A stretch of DNA of 63,882 nt, filler included, from Octopus bimaculoides (lineage: Eukaryota), in assembly GCF_001194135.2 (NCBI RefSeq). It is 6 parts of 5 records of this genome, joined end to end, with 100 filler letters (N's around TTAATTAATTAA, not from the genome) between each part and the next. Parts side by side here need not be neighbours in the genome. Positions count along the whole stretch, not along the records: positions 1 to 20,465 come from NC_068981.1; 5 more parts are not named here. One strand, written 5' to 3'. Below, in pieces: positions 1 to 12,400 of this stretch (position 1 is its first letter; the number at the start of each line of letters is the position of its first letter). The notes beneath the pieces are model-generated. The model was not told the origin of the DNA. It searched no databases and worked only from the letters and a program-made list of their open reading frames with translations. The translations under genes were made by a program, and so were the position numbers.

Positions 1-38
<38 letters not shown>

Positions 39-546
39 TCTATGCCTGTATGCGTGTGTATGCGCGCATCTGTATTTGTGTACACAAATACATATACAGA
101 AATATTCGATAATACAATGAACTGCATCTTCAGACTGGTAGGAGAAACACGGACAACAGTTCTGCCTCAACCAACACTCCAGTTTTCGATCAGTAAAACA
201 TCAATATAGTAAACAAAGAAGATAAAAGGAAGTCAATTCTTTTCCACCTAGAAAATATTCTGTGTTCAAGATTTGTAATCGTTACAAAAGAAACAGATCG
301 TGAATTGAAAAACAGAAAAATACAGACAATAACATAATTGGTCTTATCGGGGTACCTATACGCTTCAAGAAAANNNNNNNNNNTATATACACATACACAT
401 GCATGTGTGTACACACACGTACCCAGATATGTACGTATGTATTTATGTATACATGTCACCTTCTGTATATCATGTGTAATATATATATACACACATCGTT
501 AGAAGGTATAATGCTGTGAAATTGTCCATTCCGTGCACCCGATAGC

Positions 547-1249
547 AACTGTTGCTGATCCCTTAATTATGTTTATAAATGTATAAGAACTTTTAAATAA
601 GTTCTTCACCGATAATGGTGCTTACATACCGAAGGGCTTGGTAAAAATTATTAATTATTAATTTATTAATAAAATAATAAATTGATAATCCTTTACCCTT
701 TTATTTGTAATAATTATTCACTCCCTGATAGTAAACCGCAGATTTTCTGCGGTATTGCTTGTGACGCACATGGTAATTCTTGAGGAGGGATAAGAAATGG
801 CTGGCCTATGTAGGTTCGGAGATGGTTTCACATTGTGCCGATGCATGATGTCGCTCGGTCATGCATGCACAATTGCTAGCATCGTCGAATTTGCAACTGG
901 AATATCATACTGATGAGGAAATGAAGAGTTTTTACCCTTCTAAGCCAGAAACGCGTCTATGATTAATTACGACTGGTTAGGTTCGTTATTTTTTCTTCTT
1001 GTTTTGCCTTTGTGAGTTACAAGTATTGCTATCTGTTAGAGTTTCAGCACTTTAGGTGCTATTTCTGAACTTCGGTATGTGGTGAAGGAACTGTTGCTGA
1101 TCCCTTAATTATGTTTATAAATGTATAAGAACTTTTAAATAAGTTCTACACCGATAATGGTGCTTACATACCGAACGGCTTGGTAAAAATTATTAATTAT
1201 TAATTTATTAATAAATTAATAAATTGATAATCCTTTACCCTTTTATTTG

Positions 1250-1254
<5 letters not shown>
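547..1254 (+). mobile_element. Partial-tandem (A-B-A) hammerhead-bearing repeat, putative non-autonomous Penelope-like element / retrozyme
   Basis: 166-bp direct repeat at 547-712 and 1089-1254 (period 542 bp, 3 substitutions seen) flanking a unique segment that contains a hammerhead motif; the right copy runs straight into (TA)n. Confidence 0.6.
904..963 (+). ncRNA. Type I hammerhead ribozyme motif (minimal, palindromic stem III)
   Basis: ATCATA / CTGATGA / GG..GAAG-loop-CTTC..CC / A / GAAA / CGCG / TC / TATGAT. Stem I is 6 bp perfect; ACGCGT palindrome; one extra A between stem II and GAAA. Confidence 0.75.
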
Positions 1255-1308
<54 letters not shown>

Positions 1309-3596
1309 CATGTATGTGAACAAGGATGGATAGCAGTTTTAATAAGCGATGGCGAGTATTTATCTTTGCACTAACGAATGAATATCACTGGTTCCATTAT
1401 TTTTTATCGAGCCTGTTTATGAAGATACATTACCGTATGCTTGTACGTTTGTTCAGAAAGCTGTAAATGGATCCTCCGTCAGTTTTGTGGAAGAATATTC
1501 CGCACAATCATGGCATTACAGAATAAAGTAACAGCTATTCCACAAACGGTTCTATCTGTATCCTAATTCTCTGGCTGAATCAGAATGCCATTGAATGACA
1601 AGGCTGAGCCTTTGAAGTACTGATATAGTCCACTGCAAATCCTTAGTTACTGTCTATATTATAGTGTAGAGAGCTTATATAAAGGCGGTAAACAAAACTT
1701 TCACAAGAATTTGTTTTAATACCTTGTTAATATCTCATTGAAAGTACGAAAAAGAAAATCACTTGATACGGCGACAGTAAATAGCGATTTAAAAGGGAAG
1801 AAATGGCGGACAATAATTTTAGGTGAGCAGAGAAAGAGAAATACAAGATTAAGGAGAACATACTTGAGGATATAGAGTTGGACAAACATCGATAGTTTAG
1901 CATCAGGCTTAATATAGTATGGAGCGTGCGAAATTTTAATAATGCTTCATATCCAGTGATCACGAGCTAAGAAATACTGGACTTAAAATGGACAAAATTA
2001 TTAATGTTAGTCATGCAGGGTAATAATTTATTTTTAGCGAGAATTATTTAATGTTCCTCAGAATCAAACGACTATTGATAGGAATTGAACTAGAATGGAG
2101 AACGACTGAAAAAAAGGTTGATAAAAACTAGTAACGAAAGTATATAAGCGATATTTATAGCCCAGAGAAACTAAGTTAATGAAATAAAAGTAATGAGAAT
2201 CTTTTAATGTCTGATGAAGATAAATATTTACTACAGGGAAAAAAATGAATTTTCGGTTACATCTTTTCAGTAGTGTATTGCACTATAATTTAAGATAATT
2301 AAAATAATAGTTAATTACAAATATTATATTCACAGTACTAGTTTTTACCATAGAACTGATTGAAAAAATAACCATGAACTATGAGAAATATCTCGAGCTA
2401 ATCAAAAATCTTTTTATAGAAGCACTAAATAGCGAACCGTGTAGAAGAAATCAAAGATTATTAAGAAACAAACGGAGTGAATTTATGTTCGAGAATTCCA
2501 ATATTATATTGAAGATTATAATTTCTATGAAAATCCCAAACGGATTGAAGCGCTAATAGCAATTGAAGTTAAATATCAGTTAATCTAACGAACGGATTAA
2601 AATAATGATTCACGCGATGGAGGCTACATTAACGAAATATAAATAAACAAAATAATTTAATATCAAATTGAGAAGGCAAGAAGATAAATATTTGCCACGA
2701 CACAAGAAGGTGAATTTTCGCATAGATCAAAAGAGTAATATGTAGGATAGGATTTAAGATAATTAAAATAAAATCATAAATTGAACATTCATGGAGCGGG
2801 TTTTCAATATAACATAGGAGATTATAATATAAATGTAAATCCATAACAGATTTACACGCTGCTAGTAATTGAAGTTAAATATCTTTTGATGTAGCGAGTT
2901 GATTGAAATATAATATATTCAATTGGGGAGTAATAAACAAGTTTGTGATTACGAAGGAGAGAGAGGTGAAAATGCCCTAACGTGTGTTTGTTTGTGGCTA
3001 AAGTAATTTGGAACAATAATCCAGGCGAGATTAATGATTATACTAGTGTAAAAGAAACCTAAGTTTTACAGGATGGTATTGTACTAGCCTTTTAATAATT
3101 GAATGGAAGCTTAACCGAGTTAGACAGGCTGGCATAAACAGTTTATAATTTAGAAACGAATAAGGGAGATAATGTTGAAGCTATGTTGAAGTGAAATATA
3201 ATGGAGTTCAACCAATAGGAGATTGGCAGTTAAATTAGAAAAGAGTTGAGGAAGATTAGACATGGTTATACTCTTAAAAACTGATTGTGGTAATTTAGTA
3301 AAAAGTAGTATTATAATGGTCTTATTCTCATGAGTTGCAATATGGTCTTACTCTCTTATTGGTTGTGGAATTCTAGTAAATATGTGACTATATGGAAAAC
3401 GGAGTGAGAAGATATGTTACATAAATGGAGATAACTAATAAGTAATAATTAAAAATTGATTAAAATTTAACATAAAAATTCCCAAAAGAAAATGAATAAA
3501 CCAAAGTCGAACAATGATTAGTTTAGGTAGAGGAAGGAGAGAAACTAGTAAAACAGAGTATATGAAGTCGTTGATGCAATATTATAAATAGCATTA

Positions 3597-3719
3597 TTCC
3601 ACCTTTCATCTTTTCGGGGTTGATAAATTAAGTACCAGTTGCGTACTGGAGTCAATCTAATCGACTAGCCCCCCTACTCCCAAATTTCGGGCCTTGTGCC
3701 TAGAGTAGAAAAGAATATT
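3597..3719 (+). mobile_element. SINE family A, 3' half
   Basis: CCTTTCATCTTTTCGGGGTTGATAAATTAAGTACCAGTTGCGTACTGG...GCCTTGTGCCTAGAGTAGAAAAGAATATT matches the copy at 58860-59010 and the minus-strand copy at 17866-18060. Confidence 0.8.
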
Positions 3720-4825
3720 ATAAATATCATTGAATAAGAGATACCCATGAGAAGAGTCAAACGTTATGAAAAAAAAAAAAAAAAGTTCGAACGTGAAATG
3801 GAATGCAAAATACCATACAAAGTATGATAGCAAGTCATCGATTATCTGGAATACTATCAAATATTATATATGGAAGTACTTCATAGAAAATTTAAAAATT
3901 CATTTGGATGTACTGGAATTGCTTATAGAAAAGCAAAAGCAGCTGATTGTAGTGGCATGCTAGAGTAAAGTGGAGAGTAATAGGCTATACTTATACAAGA
4001 GGAGTAGAAGGTCAGAAATAGTAAGGAACAATCATGTGATTGCAAGAAATTCATTTTGAATAATTCAGTAGTTTCTTCTACTGATGTCCAGTCCTTCGGG
4101 TGTCTCTGGCGAAAAAACTGATACCTCAGCCATACACTAATTTCTTAACGATTTGTAATCGCCATTTCGGTGTACATTTAAGTTCTAAAAGAGCGTTTTT
4201 AAAGCCAATAAAAAATGTACAAGAAGGTGGTTTTCTTTATGTCAGAGCACCGAAAAGAACACACATGTGAGTTATAGGTTCTTTCAAATATATTTGTGCT
4301 TAGCATTTATATGTACTTTTCCATACGACGTTCTTTGCCAGATATTTAGAATCCAGAAGCTTACTGTATTCCTTCGTATTCACTAGCTTGTATATCTCAT
4401 CTGAAGCGAATCATTTTATGTACAGCCAGTCAATTTTATGTACAGCCAGTCAATATTTACTTTCAATTATTAGTAGCACGTCAGTTAGTTGCAAATTTTC
4501 ACTAAGATAATAATCGCCGATAATTTATTGGAATTCTGTAACGACAACATATTCACCTTTGTTTCTTAACAGTATTTTTGTTTCCTATTCCAATTTTATT
4601 TTTGTTACTTGGCAGTTCTATGACATGACGTTTGAATAATTAAAGACACGTTTTCAATGTTCGTGGCCATTTTTCTAATATTCAGATATCTTATTCTAAA
4701 TTATGATCATTTTTGCATAATAAATATTCAGTTCGATAATATTCTAATCAACGATTATTTTAATTATCTTGGTGCTACACACATCTACTAAGATGTACGA
4801 GAAAGTTTACCTTCTTGGTGTGTAG

Positions 4826-4935
<110 letters not shown>

Positions 4936-5078
4936 ATGGTGTCAAGAAGACCCAAAGGTGTCAAATAATGCTGAGTAAGTGCTATGGACAGACTATAGTT
5001 AAGCTCCAGGTTCGGTGATTATGCGAATGAGGAGTCCAACGTAGGTCATATATTAGCATGCATCTCATTCTGTTAATG

Positions 5079-5114
<36 letters not shown>

Positions 5115-5297
5115 CAGGTCACTCCATGTAACAATAAAAGATTCTTATTGCTTTTATATCATTTACGTAGGTTCTTTAGGTCATAAATATAGATTTAAAT
5201 ACTTTCGTTTCTAATTTAACTAAACTCTTCAGTCGTTCTCTGTTCTAGCTTAATTTCTACCTATATTCGTTTAATTCTGGTCAGCATTTAATATTCA

Positions 5298-6565
5298 CCC
5301 CCCCCCCACCAAAAAAAAACACCATTACACTGTTGCATTACTACCATCAATGATTTTGTTCNNNNNNNNNNNNNNNNNNNNNNNNNNNNNNNNNNNNNNN
5401 NNNNNNNNNNNNNNNNNNNNNNNNNNNNNNNNNNNNNNNNNNNNNNNNNNNNNNNNNNNNNNNNNNNNNNNNNNNNNNNNNNNNNNNNNNNNNNNNNNNN
5501 NNNNNNNNNNNNNNNNNNNNNNNNNNNNNNNNNNNNNNNNNNNNNNNNNNNNNNNNNNNNNNNNNNNNNNNNNNNNNNNNNNNNNNNNNNNNNNNNNNNN
5601 NNNNNNNNNNNNNNNNNNNNNNNNNNNNNNNNNNNNNNNNNNNNNNNNNNNNNNNNNNNNNNNNNNNNNNNNNNNNNNNNNNNNNNNNNNNNNNNNNNNN
5701 NNNNNNNNNNNNNNNNNNNNNNNNNNNNNNNNNNNNNNNNNNNNNNNNNNNNNNNNNNNNNNNNNNNNNNNNNNNNNNNNNNNNNNNNNNNNNNNNNNNN
5801 NNNNNNNNNNNNNNNNNNNNNNNNNNNNNNNNNNNNNNNNNNNNNNNNNNNNNNNNNNNNNNNNNNNNNNNNNNNNNNNNNNNNNNNNNNNATATATATA
5901 TATATATATATAGTTCCAAGCGATTTGAATGTTTACTTATATGCCAAAATTGAAGGTGCGTGTCTGATTGGTCAGGGTTTCGACACACGATCGCAAGAAC
6001 ATGAATTCAATACCTGACCTGGCGGCGCATTGTATCCTTGAGCAAAACACTTTATTTCGCGTTGCTCCAGTCCACTCAGATAGCAAAAATAACTAGTATC
6101 TTTATTTCAAAGGGTCAGCTTGTCACATTCTGAGTCACGCTGAATCTCCCTGAGAACTATGCTAAGGGTACACGTGTTTGTGGAGTGTTCAGCAACTTAC
6201 GCGTTAATTTCACAAGTAGGCTGTTCCATCGATTGCATCAACTGGAACCCCCGTCGTTTTTCCTTGATCTTTTAGTTTACATTAATAGCCGCTGGGCCAC
6301 TGAGTTCCGCTACCGTACATAGTCTCTCTTATCTGTCCCCAATCACTATGTTTGGTCTGTAATACTTTCAATTTATTGAGGTTTTCAGAGGGATTTTCAA
6401 CCAGTCCTTTCATATTATGATTGGTTAAGGTCTCTAGCACGCTGTGTATGTGTGTTCGCATGTTTATGTATCCCTGAAAACCCGAAAACTTCNNNNNNNN
6501 NNCCCCCCCCCACCAAAAAAAAACACCATTACACTGTTGCATTACTACCATCAATGATTTTGTTC
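5298..6565. repeat. Gap-adjacent exact duplication (5298-5361 = 6503-6565), probable assembly overlap
   Basis: Identical ~63-bp sequence starting with a poly-C run; both copies touch N-gaps. Confidence 0.8.
5952..6257 (+). mobile_element. tRNA-derived SINE (head type C + tail type B), decayed
   Basis: Degenerate tRNA-like head; TTGAGCAAAACACTTTATTTCGCGTTGCTCCAG core shared with 27433; tail GTCACGCTGAATCTCCC...AACTGGAACCC shared with 14669 and 21401. Confidence 0.8.
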
Positions 6566-6932
6566 ATGTCTAGTCCAGCAATTCTTCTTCCCTAATAGTT
6601 GTTAATCAAAGGATGTAAAACAATTTTATTTAAGCTTCCCACATTTGATATTTTCATACGCTATCAATACTTTTCCTACTATACAGCCTCAAATATGGTC
6701 CCTCATTCATCTCCGTTCCACCCTCTTAAATCCTTATTTAACACTGGTTTCACTCAATGATATTCTTCGCCTGTCATTGTCATGGTGTTAGTTTTCGCGT
6801 TTAAAACTTCTAAAAGCACTTTCAGTCACACCATAGAGAAATTATAACACTCTATTAAAAAACAAAATAGGTTAATTAAAGAACTGTGTATGCATATACA
6901 CCCATACATATATGTGTATGATTCCACGTCTG

Positions 6933-7003
<71 letters not shown>

Positions 7004-8001
7004 GTCTGTCTGTCTGTCTGTATGTATGTATGTACGTATGTATGTATGTCTGTTTGTCTGTATGTATGTTATGTTTTAGTTTTATTTCTATACGTCTTAC
7101 TAATGGAAAGACAGCTACTTTCTAACTTAGACCCAGGCTTCTTTTATTGGGATTTCAACAGCAACAGTAGGATAGTTGTGAAAGTACGTATATATATATT
7201 TGCAAGTATTTGGAGTCAGGGCAGATTTGTATGTTTTGTTTTATGCTTGTGTATTCATATATATATATATATATATANNNNNNNNNNNNNNNNNNNNNNN
7301 NNNNNNNNNNNNNNNNNNNNNNNNNNNNNNNNNNNNNNNNNNNNNNNNNNNNNNNNNNNNNNNNNNNNNNNNNNNNNNNNNNNNNNNNNNNNNNNNNNNN
7401 NNNNNNNNNNNNNNNNNNNNNNNNNNNNNNNNNNNNNNNNNNNNNNNNNNNNNNNNNNNNNNNNNNNNNNNNNNNNNNNNNNNNNNNNNNNNNNNNNNNN
7501 NNNNNNNNNNNNNNNNNNNNNNNNNNNNNNNNNNNNNNNNNNNNNNNNNNNNNNNNNNNNNNNNNNNNNNNNNNNNNNNNNNNNNNNNNNNNNNNNNNNN
7601 NNNNNNNNNNNNNNNNNNNNNNNNNNNNNNNNNNNNNNNNNNNNNNNNNNNNNNNNNNNNNNNNNNNNNNNNNNNNNNNNNNNNNNNNNNNNNNNNNNNN
7701 NNNNNNNNNNNNNNNNNNNNNNNNNNNNNNNNNNNNNNNNNNNNNNNNNNNNNNNNNNNNNNNNNNNNNNNNNNNNNNNNNNNNNNNNNNNNNNNNNNNN
7801 NNNNNNNNNNNNNNNNNNNNNNNNNACATAGTCTCTCTTATCTGTCCCCAATCACTATGTTTGGTCTGTAATACTTTCAATTTATTGAGGTTTTCAGAGG
7901 GATTTTCAACCAGTCCTTTCATATTATGATTGGTTAAGGTCTCTAGCACGCTGTGTATGTGTGTTCGCATGTTTATGTATCCCTGAAAACCCGAAAACTT
8001 C
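6317..8001. repeat. Gap-adjacent exact duplication (6317-6492 = 7826-8001), probable assembly overlap
   Basis: Identical 176-bp sequence; one copy ends at a gap and the other starts at a gap. Confidence 0.85.
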
Positions 8002-8135
8002 GGAAGCTGCATATATCAATGTGTGTGTGGATGTAAATGTATGACTTTTTAAGTATAATCATACACAAACACACTTTCAAACGTCGACTGAAAAGGCATT
8101 CAATAGCTATAAGTAAAGTTTGATTTTCATTTATA

Positions 8136-8352
8136 CGAGGCTGTGCTGAAAAGTTCCTGACTTTGAGTAAAGGAAAATACAAGAGGATCAGTTAATTATG
8201 ATTTTATCCAACATATTCCCTTTTCAGATTCACAGACTTATTGCAACGGTCCTTCAGTTTTCTAAGTCCTGTAAAAGTCCTGTAAAAGGTTGGATCTCAA
8301 ACCAAGTCTTTCGCGATACCCTTAAAGACATAAACTTTCCAGCACGCCTCTG
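8136..8352. mobile_element. Mariner-type MITE
   Basis: TA-CGAGGCTGTGCTGAAAAGTT ... AACTTTCCAGCACGCCTCTG-TA: imperfect terminal inverted repeats flanked by TA dinucleotides. Confidence 0.75.
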
Positions 8353-8732
8353 TACATACTTTATAAGGGTTAATCACGTTTAAAACAGTGCTTATCATTC
8401 ATTGCCGAGGATGATTTTGTAGAATTCTAAAAAGGAACACATTCTAAAGTAGTTCCAAGGGTGCAATACAAAGATCAACTGAAGAAATATTTAAAAACGA
8501 TAGATTGATACACACTGTTGAAGGATTCGATTCTATTAGAGAAAATACCATCATGGAAAGTACTGCAAAGATGGCGTTAGCAAAGAGACCAGCGGAATGA
8601 AGAAGAAAGGAAATGAAGACATATCCGGTTGCGCTCCCTTTTATATGTCCAATGACCTAGTTTCGTCTTTTTACAGCCATCTTAGATCACACACAATCCA
8701 ATTGAGTAAAATTCTTGACTCAGAAAGCTTTG

Positions 8733-8785
<53 letters not shown>

Positions 8786-11057
8786 TGCACATGCGCACAC
8801 ACACATACAAGTTTATACCTGTATCAATCTAGCTATCTATCTATACGCACACACGCAGACACGCGCGAACATTCACATACTCACACACACACACNNNNNN
8901 NNNNNNNNNNNNNNNNNNNNNNNNNNNNNNNNNNNNNNNNNNNNNNNNNNNNNNNNNNNNNNNNNNNNNNNNNNNNNNNNNNNNNNNNNNNNNNNNNNNN
9001 NNNNNNNNNNNNNNNNNNNNNNNNNNNNNNNNNNNNNNNNNNNNNNNNNNNNNNNNNNNNNNNNNNNNNNNNNNNNNNNNNNNNNNNNNNNNNNNNNNNN
9101 NNNNNNNNNNNNNNNNNNNNNNNNNNNNNNNNNNNNNNNNNNNNNNNNNNNNNNNNNNNNNNNNNNNNNTGTGTGTGTGTGCGTGCGTATAAATACATAG
9201 ATATATATATACGTACGTACATGCATGCATACATATGTATATATGAAGAGAAATCGAAACAGGGAAGAGAGAGATGAGTGAGAGACAGAGTGAGAAAGAC
9301 AGAGAAAGAGAGACAGACAGACAGACACAGAGAGAGAAATGCGTTTTTTTGTGGGGTTTAATTTTTACATCAATGATGTTTTACTGAAAACACTACTGTG
9401 TTCCAATACAATACTATTATGTAAAGTTTTTGCGTTTTCATATTTTCTTATAAATCCTTTCTCATTTGTTTCGAACAATACCATTCCTCGGAACATTAAT
9501 CTTCAGAGCCTTCTCTGAAATATCTCTTTACATAAAGCAGAATAGAATCATTAGCATATTCTTGAAACTTTTTAGAAATGCTATAATGCGTCTCGACTAA
9601 AACACGCAACAATAACACGCGACAAGTTTCATTTCAATTAGATATGGCCAAATTGGTCTTGAACCTCTATTGAACTTTGCGAAGTTATCGTGCCACGATA
9701 ATGAGAAATAGGTTATATGAAATCGAATAAAAACGAACTTGAATAAAAAGGATTAAATATGAACACGTTCGTTTCTTCAATATGGACAAACCTACGTCCA
9801 TCCATCCATCCATACAAGAAAAATATGTAATGACAATCATTTACATCTTGTCTTATATATCACTCTGTGTGAAAACCGGGTTGGCTGGAACCCAACCACG
9901 AATTTACAATATCGAATTGTGATGAACCATAAACCCGGACCCTACCATATGAATACTTGGAGTTCTTCACTAATCTAAGTAATATTGTTAGTCTGGTGTG
10001 CCAACAGAGAGCTTATGAAGTAGTTTGTCTGGATTGATAATCCTTCGCTATTAGCTCTGGTTTAACATTCACACACACGTACACACACTCATATATATAT
10101 ACATAGTTATACATAAATAAATTTGAGTGTACGTGTATATGCATATATATATNNNNNNNNNNNNNNNNNNNNNNNNNNNNNNNNNNNNNNNNNNNNNNNN
10201 NNNNNNNNNNNNNNNNNNNNNNNNNNNNNNNNNNNNNNNNNNNNNNNNNNNNNNNNNNNNNNNNNNNNNNNNNNNNNNNNNNNNNNNNNNNNNNNNNNNN
10301 NNNNNNNNNNNNNNNNNNNNNNNNNNNNNNNNNNNNNNNNNNNNNNNNNNNNNNNNNNNNNNNNNNNNNNNNNNNNNNNNNNNNNNNNNNNNNNNNNNNN
10401 NNNNNNNNNNNNNNNNNNNNNNNNNNNNNNNNNNNNNNNNNNNNNNNNNNNNNNNNNNNNNNNNNNNNNNNNNNNNNNNNNNNNNNNNNNNNNNNNNNNN
10501 NNNNNNNNNNNNNNNNNNNNNNNNNNNNNNNNNNNNNNNNNNNNNNNNNNNNNNNNNNNNNNNNNNNNNNNNNNNNNNNNNNNNNNNNNNNNNNNNNNNN
10601 NNNNNNNNNNNNNNNNNNNNNNNNNNNNNNNNNNNNNNNNNNNNNNNNNNNNNNNNNNNNNNNNNNNNNNNNNNNNNNNNNNNNNNNNNNNNNNNNNNNN
10701 NNNNNNNNNNNNNNNNNNNNNNNNNNNNNNNNNNNNNNNNNNNNNNNNNNNNNNNNNNNNNNNNNNNNNNNNNNNNNNNNNNNNNNNNNNNNNNNNNNNN
10801 NNNNNNNNNNNNNNNNNNNNNNNNNNNNNNNNNNNNNNNNNNNNNNNNNNNNNNNNNNNNNNNNNNNNNNNNNNNNNNNNNNNNNNNNNNNNNNNNNNNN
10901 NNNNNNNNNNNNNNNNNNNNNNNNNNNNNNNNNNNNNNNNNNNNNNNNNNNNNNNNNNNNNNNNNNNNNNNNNNNNNNNNNNNNNNNNNNNNNNNNNNNN
11001 NNNNNNNNNNNNNNNNNNNNNNNNNNNNNNTATATACATACATACATACATACATAT

Positions 11058-11108
<51 letters not shown>

Positions 11109-11175
11109 TGTATGTAGATAATTAATATTTATGTGTGCGTGCGCGTGAGTGTGTGTGTGTGTGTGTGCGTGTGTA

Positions 11176-11221
<46 letters not shown>

Positions 11222-11643
11222 TACCATTAAACCCAAATTCAGATCATTTGCTCCCTAAGTACGTTTTACCATTGCTATTTGCAAACTGTGCGTCGGATGC
11301 TCCGGGGACAATTTCATGCTGAACCGCAACAGATCGTCAGGGGAATGCTTCATTGCATTTTTGATTTATCTAACATGATGCAATAAAGTGATATCCCCGA
11401 TGTTCAGCACCCAGTTCTACATGGAATGCAGAAGTTTCAAATAAACACAATGGTGAAATGTATGTGAGGACTAAATGATGTTAACTTGTGCTATCGTAAT
11501 TTCTCTGTATATCCAGTAATACAACGGAGAACTATAGTAACCACACCACCATAGTGTAAGTAGACTAGTTGATGATACACAATATGGAACGTTAAACTCA
11601 GTAGTAGCAGCCGTGTATCTAACTGTACACGCGTTTACTAACA

Positions 11644-12400
11644 TACCGTATATGCCGGCGTATAAGTCGATCTCTAAAATTCTGAGGTATAATACAGATT
11701 TATGCTTATATTCATCGGATAAGATGACCCCTCCAAAAAATAAAATAAAATAAAAAAAATAAGGCAGCACAAAATTGGTGTAAAAAATACATTTGAAGAA
11801 ATCAATAAAATTTGTAAAATTTTATGATTGTTTCAAAGATACTAAAATAATTTTTTTTTATTAAAACATGTTACCATTTTAAAAGCCCTTAAATCTCTTC
11901 TCCTCCTCCTCATCATCTGAAATAAACATTAATGTTTCGTCGATCATGGTATCATCATATGGATCATCCTCGTTAATTTCATCATTATCAGTAGAGTCGC
12001 CATCATCATTATTCTGCCACAGTACGTCATCTTCCATGCCATACATTAAATTTGATATCCCACATTTTTTTTATGATTTGGACAACAGTTTCTGTTTTAA
12101 CCGAATCTCATGCATTTATAACATCAAGTGAAGCAGCACGCATACTTCCACTTTTTGGTATTGTCTTGCAACCCTCAGCCATCCGCTTGTTCTACTTTTC
12201 ACACATGACATCTTTTAATGGCTTATTGAGAGACATATCTATCGGCTGGAGGACAGATGTTAACACCCCAGGTATAACGGGAATTTCGGTGTTACTTCTT
12301 TGCGGGTTTGCAGTTCTATATTTTCTACTACTGAAATGTAGTATGTGTAAACAATTGTGATATTACATAGTCTAACTCTACGTTAAATAGACTTAAGAAA
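11644..12400 (-). mobile_element. Pogo/Tigger-like transposon, 3' part (DDE_1 transposase C-terminus plus terminal repeat), pseudogenised
   Basis: Minus strand reads LQPIDMSLNKPLKD...KKCGIS...MEDDVLWQ and an acidic tail DDEEEEKRFKGF; terminal TA-CCGTATATGCCGGCGTATAAGTCGA at 11644-11670 is typical of pogo-type TIRs. Confidence 0.8.

Noticed and set aside
547-1254. TRIM / small LTR retrotransposon
   Set aside because: The repeats do not end in CA, share extra bases upstream of TG, and have no TSD, PBS or PPT; the internal hammerhead fits a Penelope/retrozyme origin better
1456-1830. Possible plus-strand exons (ESCKWILRQFCGRIF..., ...KGKKWRTIIL|GTGAGC)
   Set aside because: Weak acceptor or donor on one side and no recognisable protein
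1700-3560. A-rich strand-skewed region with a ~50-bp dispersed repeat (2552 and 2859), possibly an old element
   Set aside because: No coding motif or terminal structure could be read
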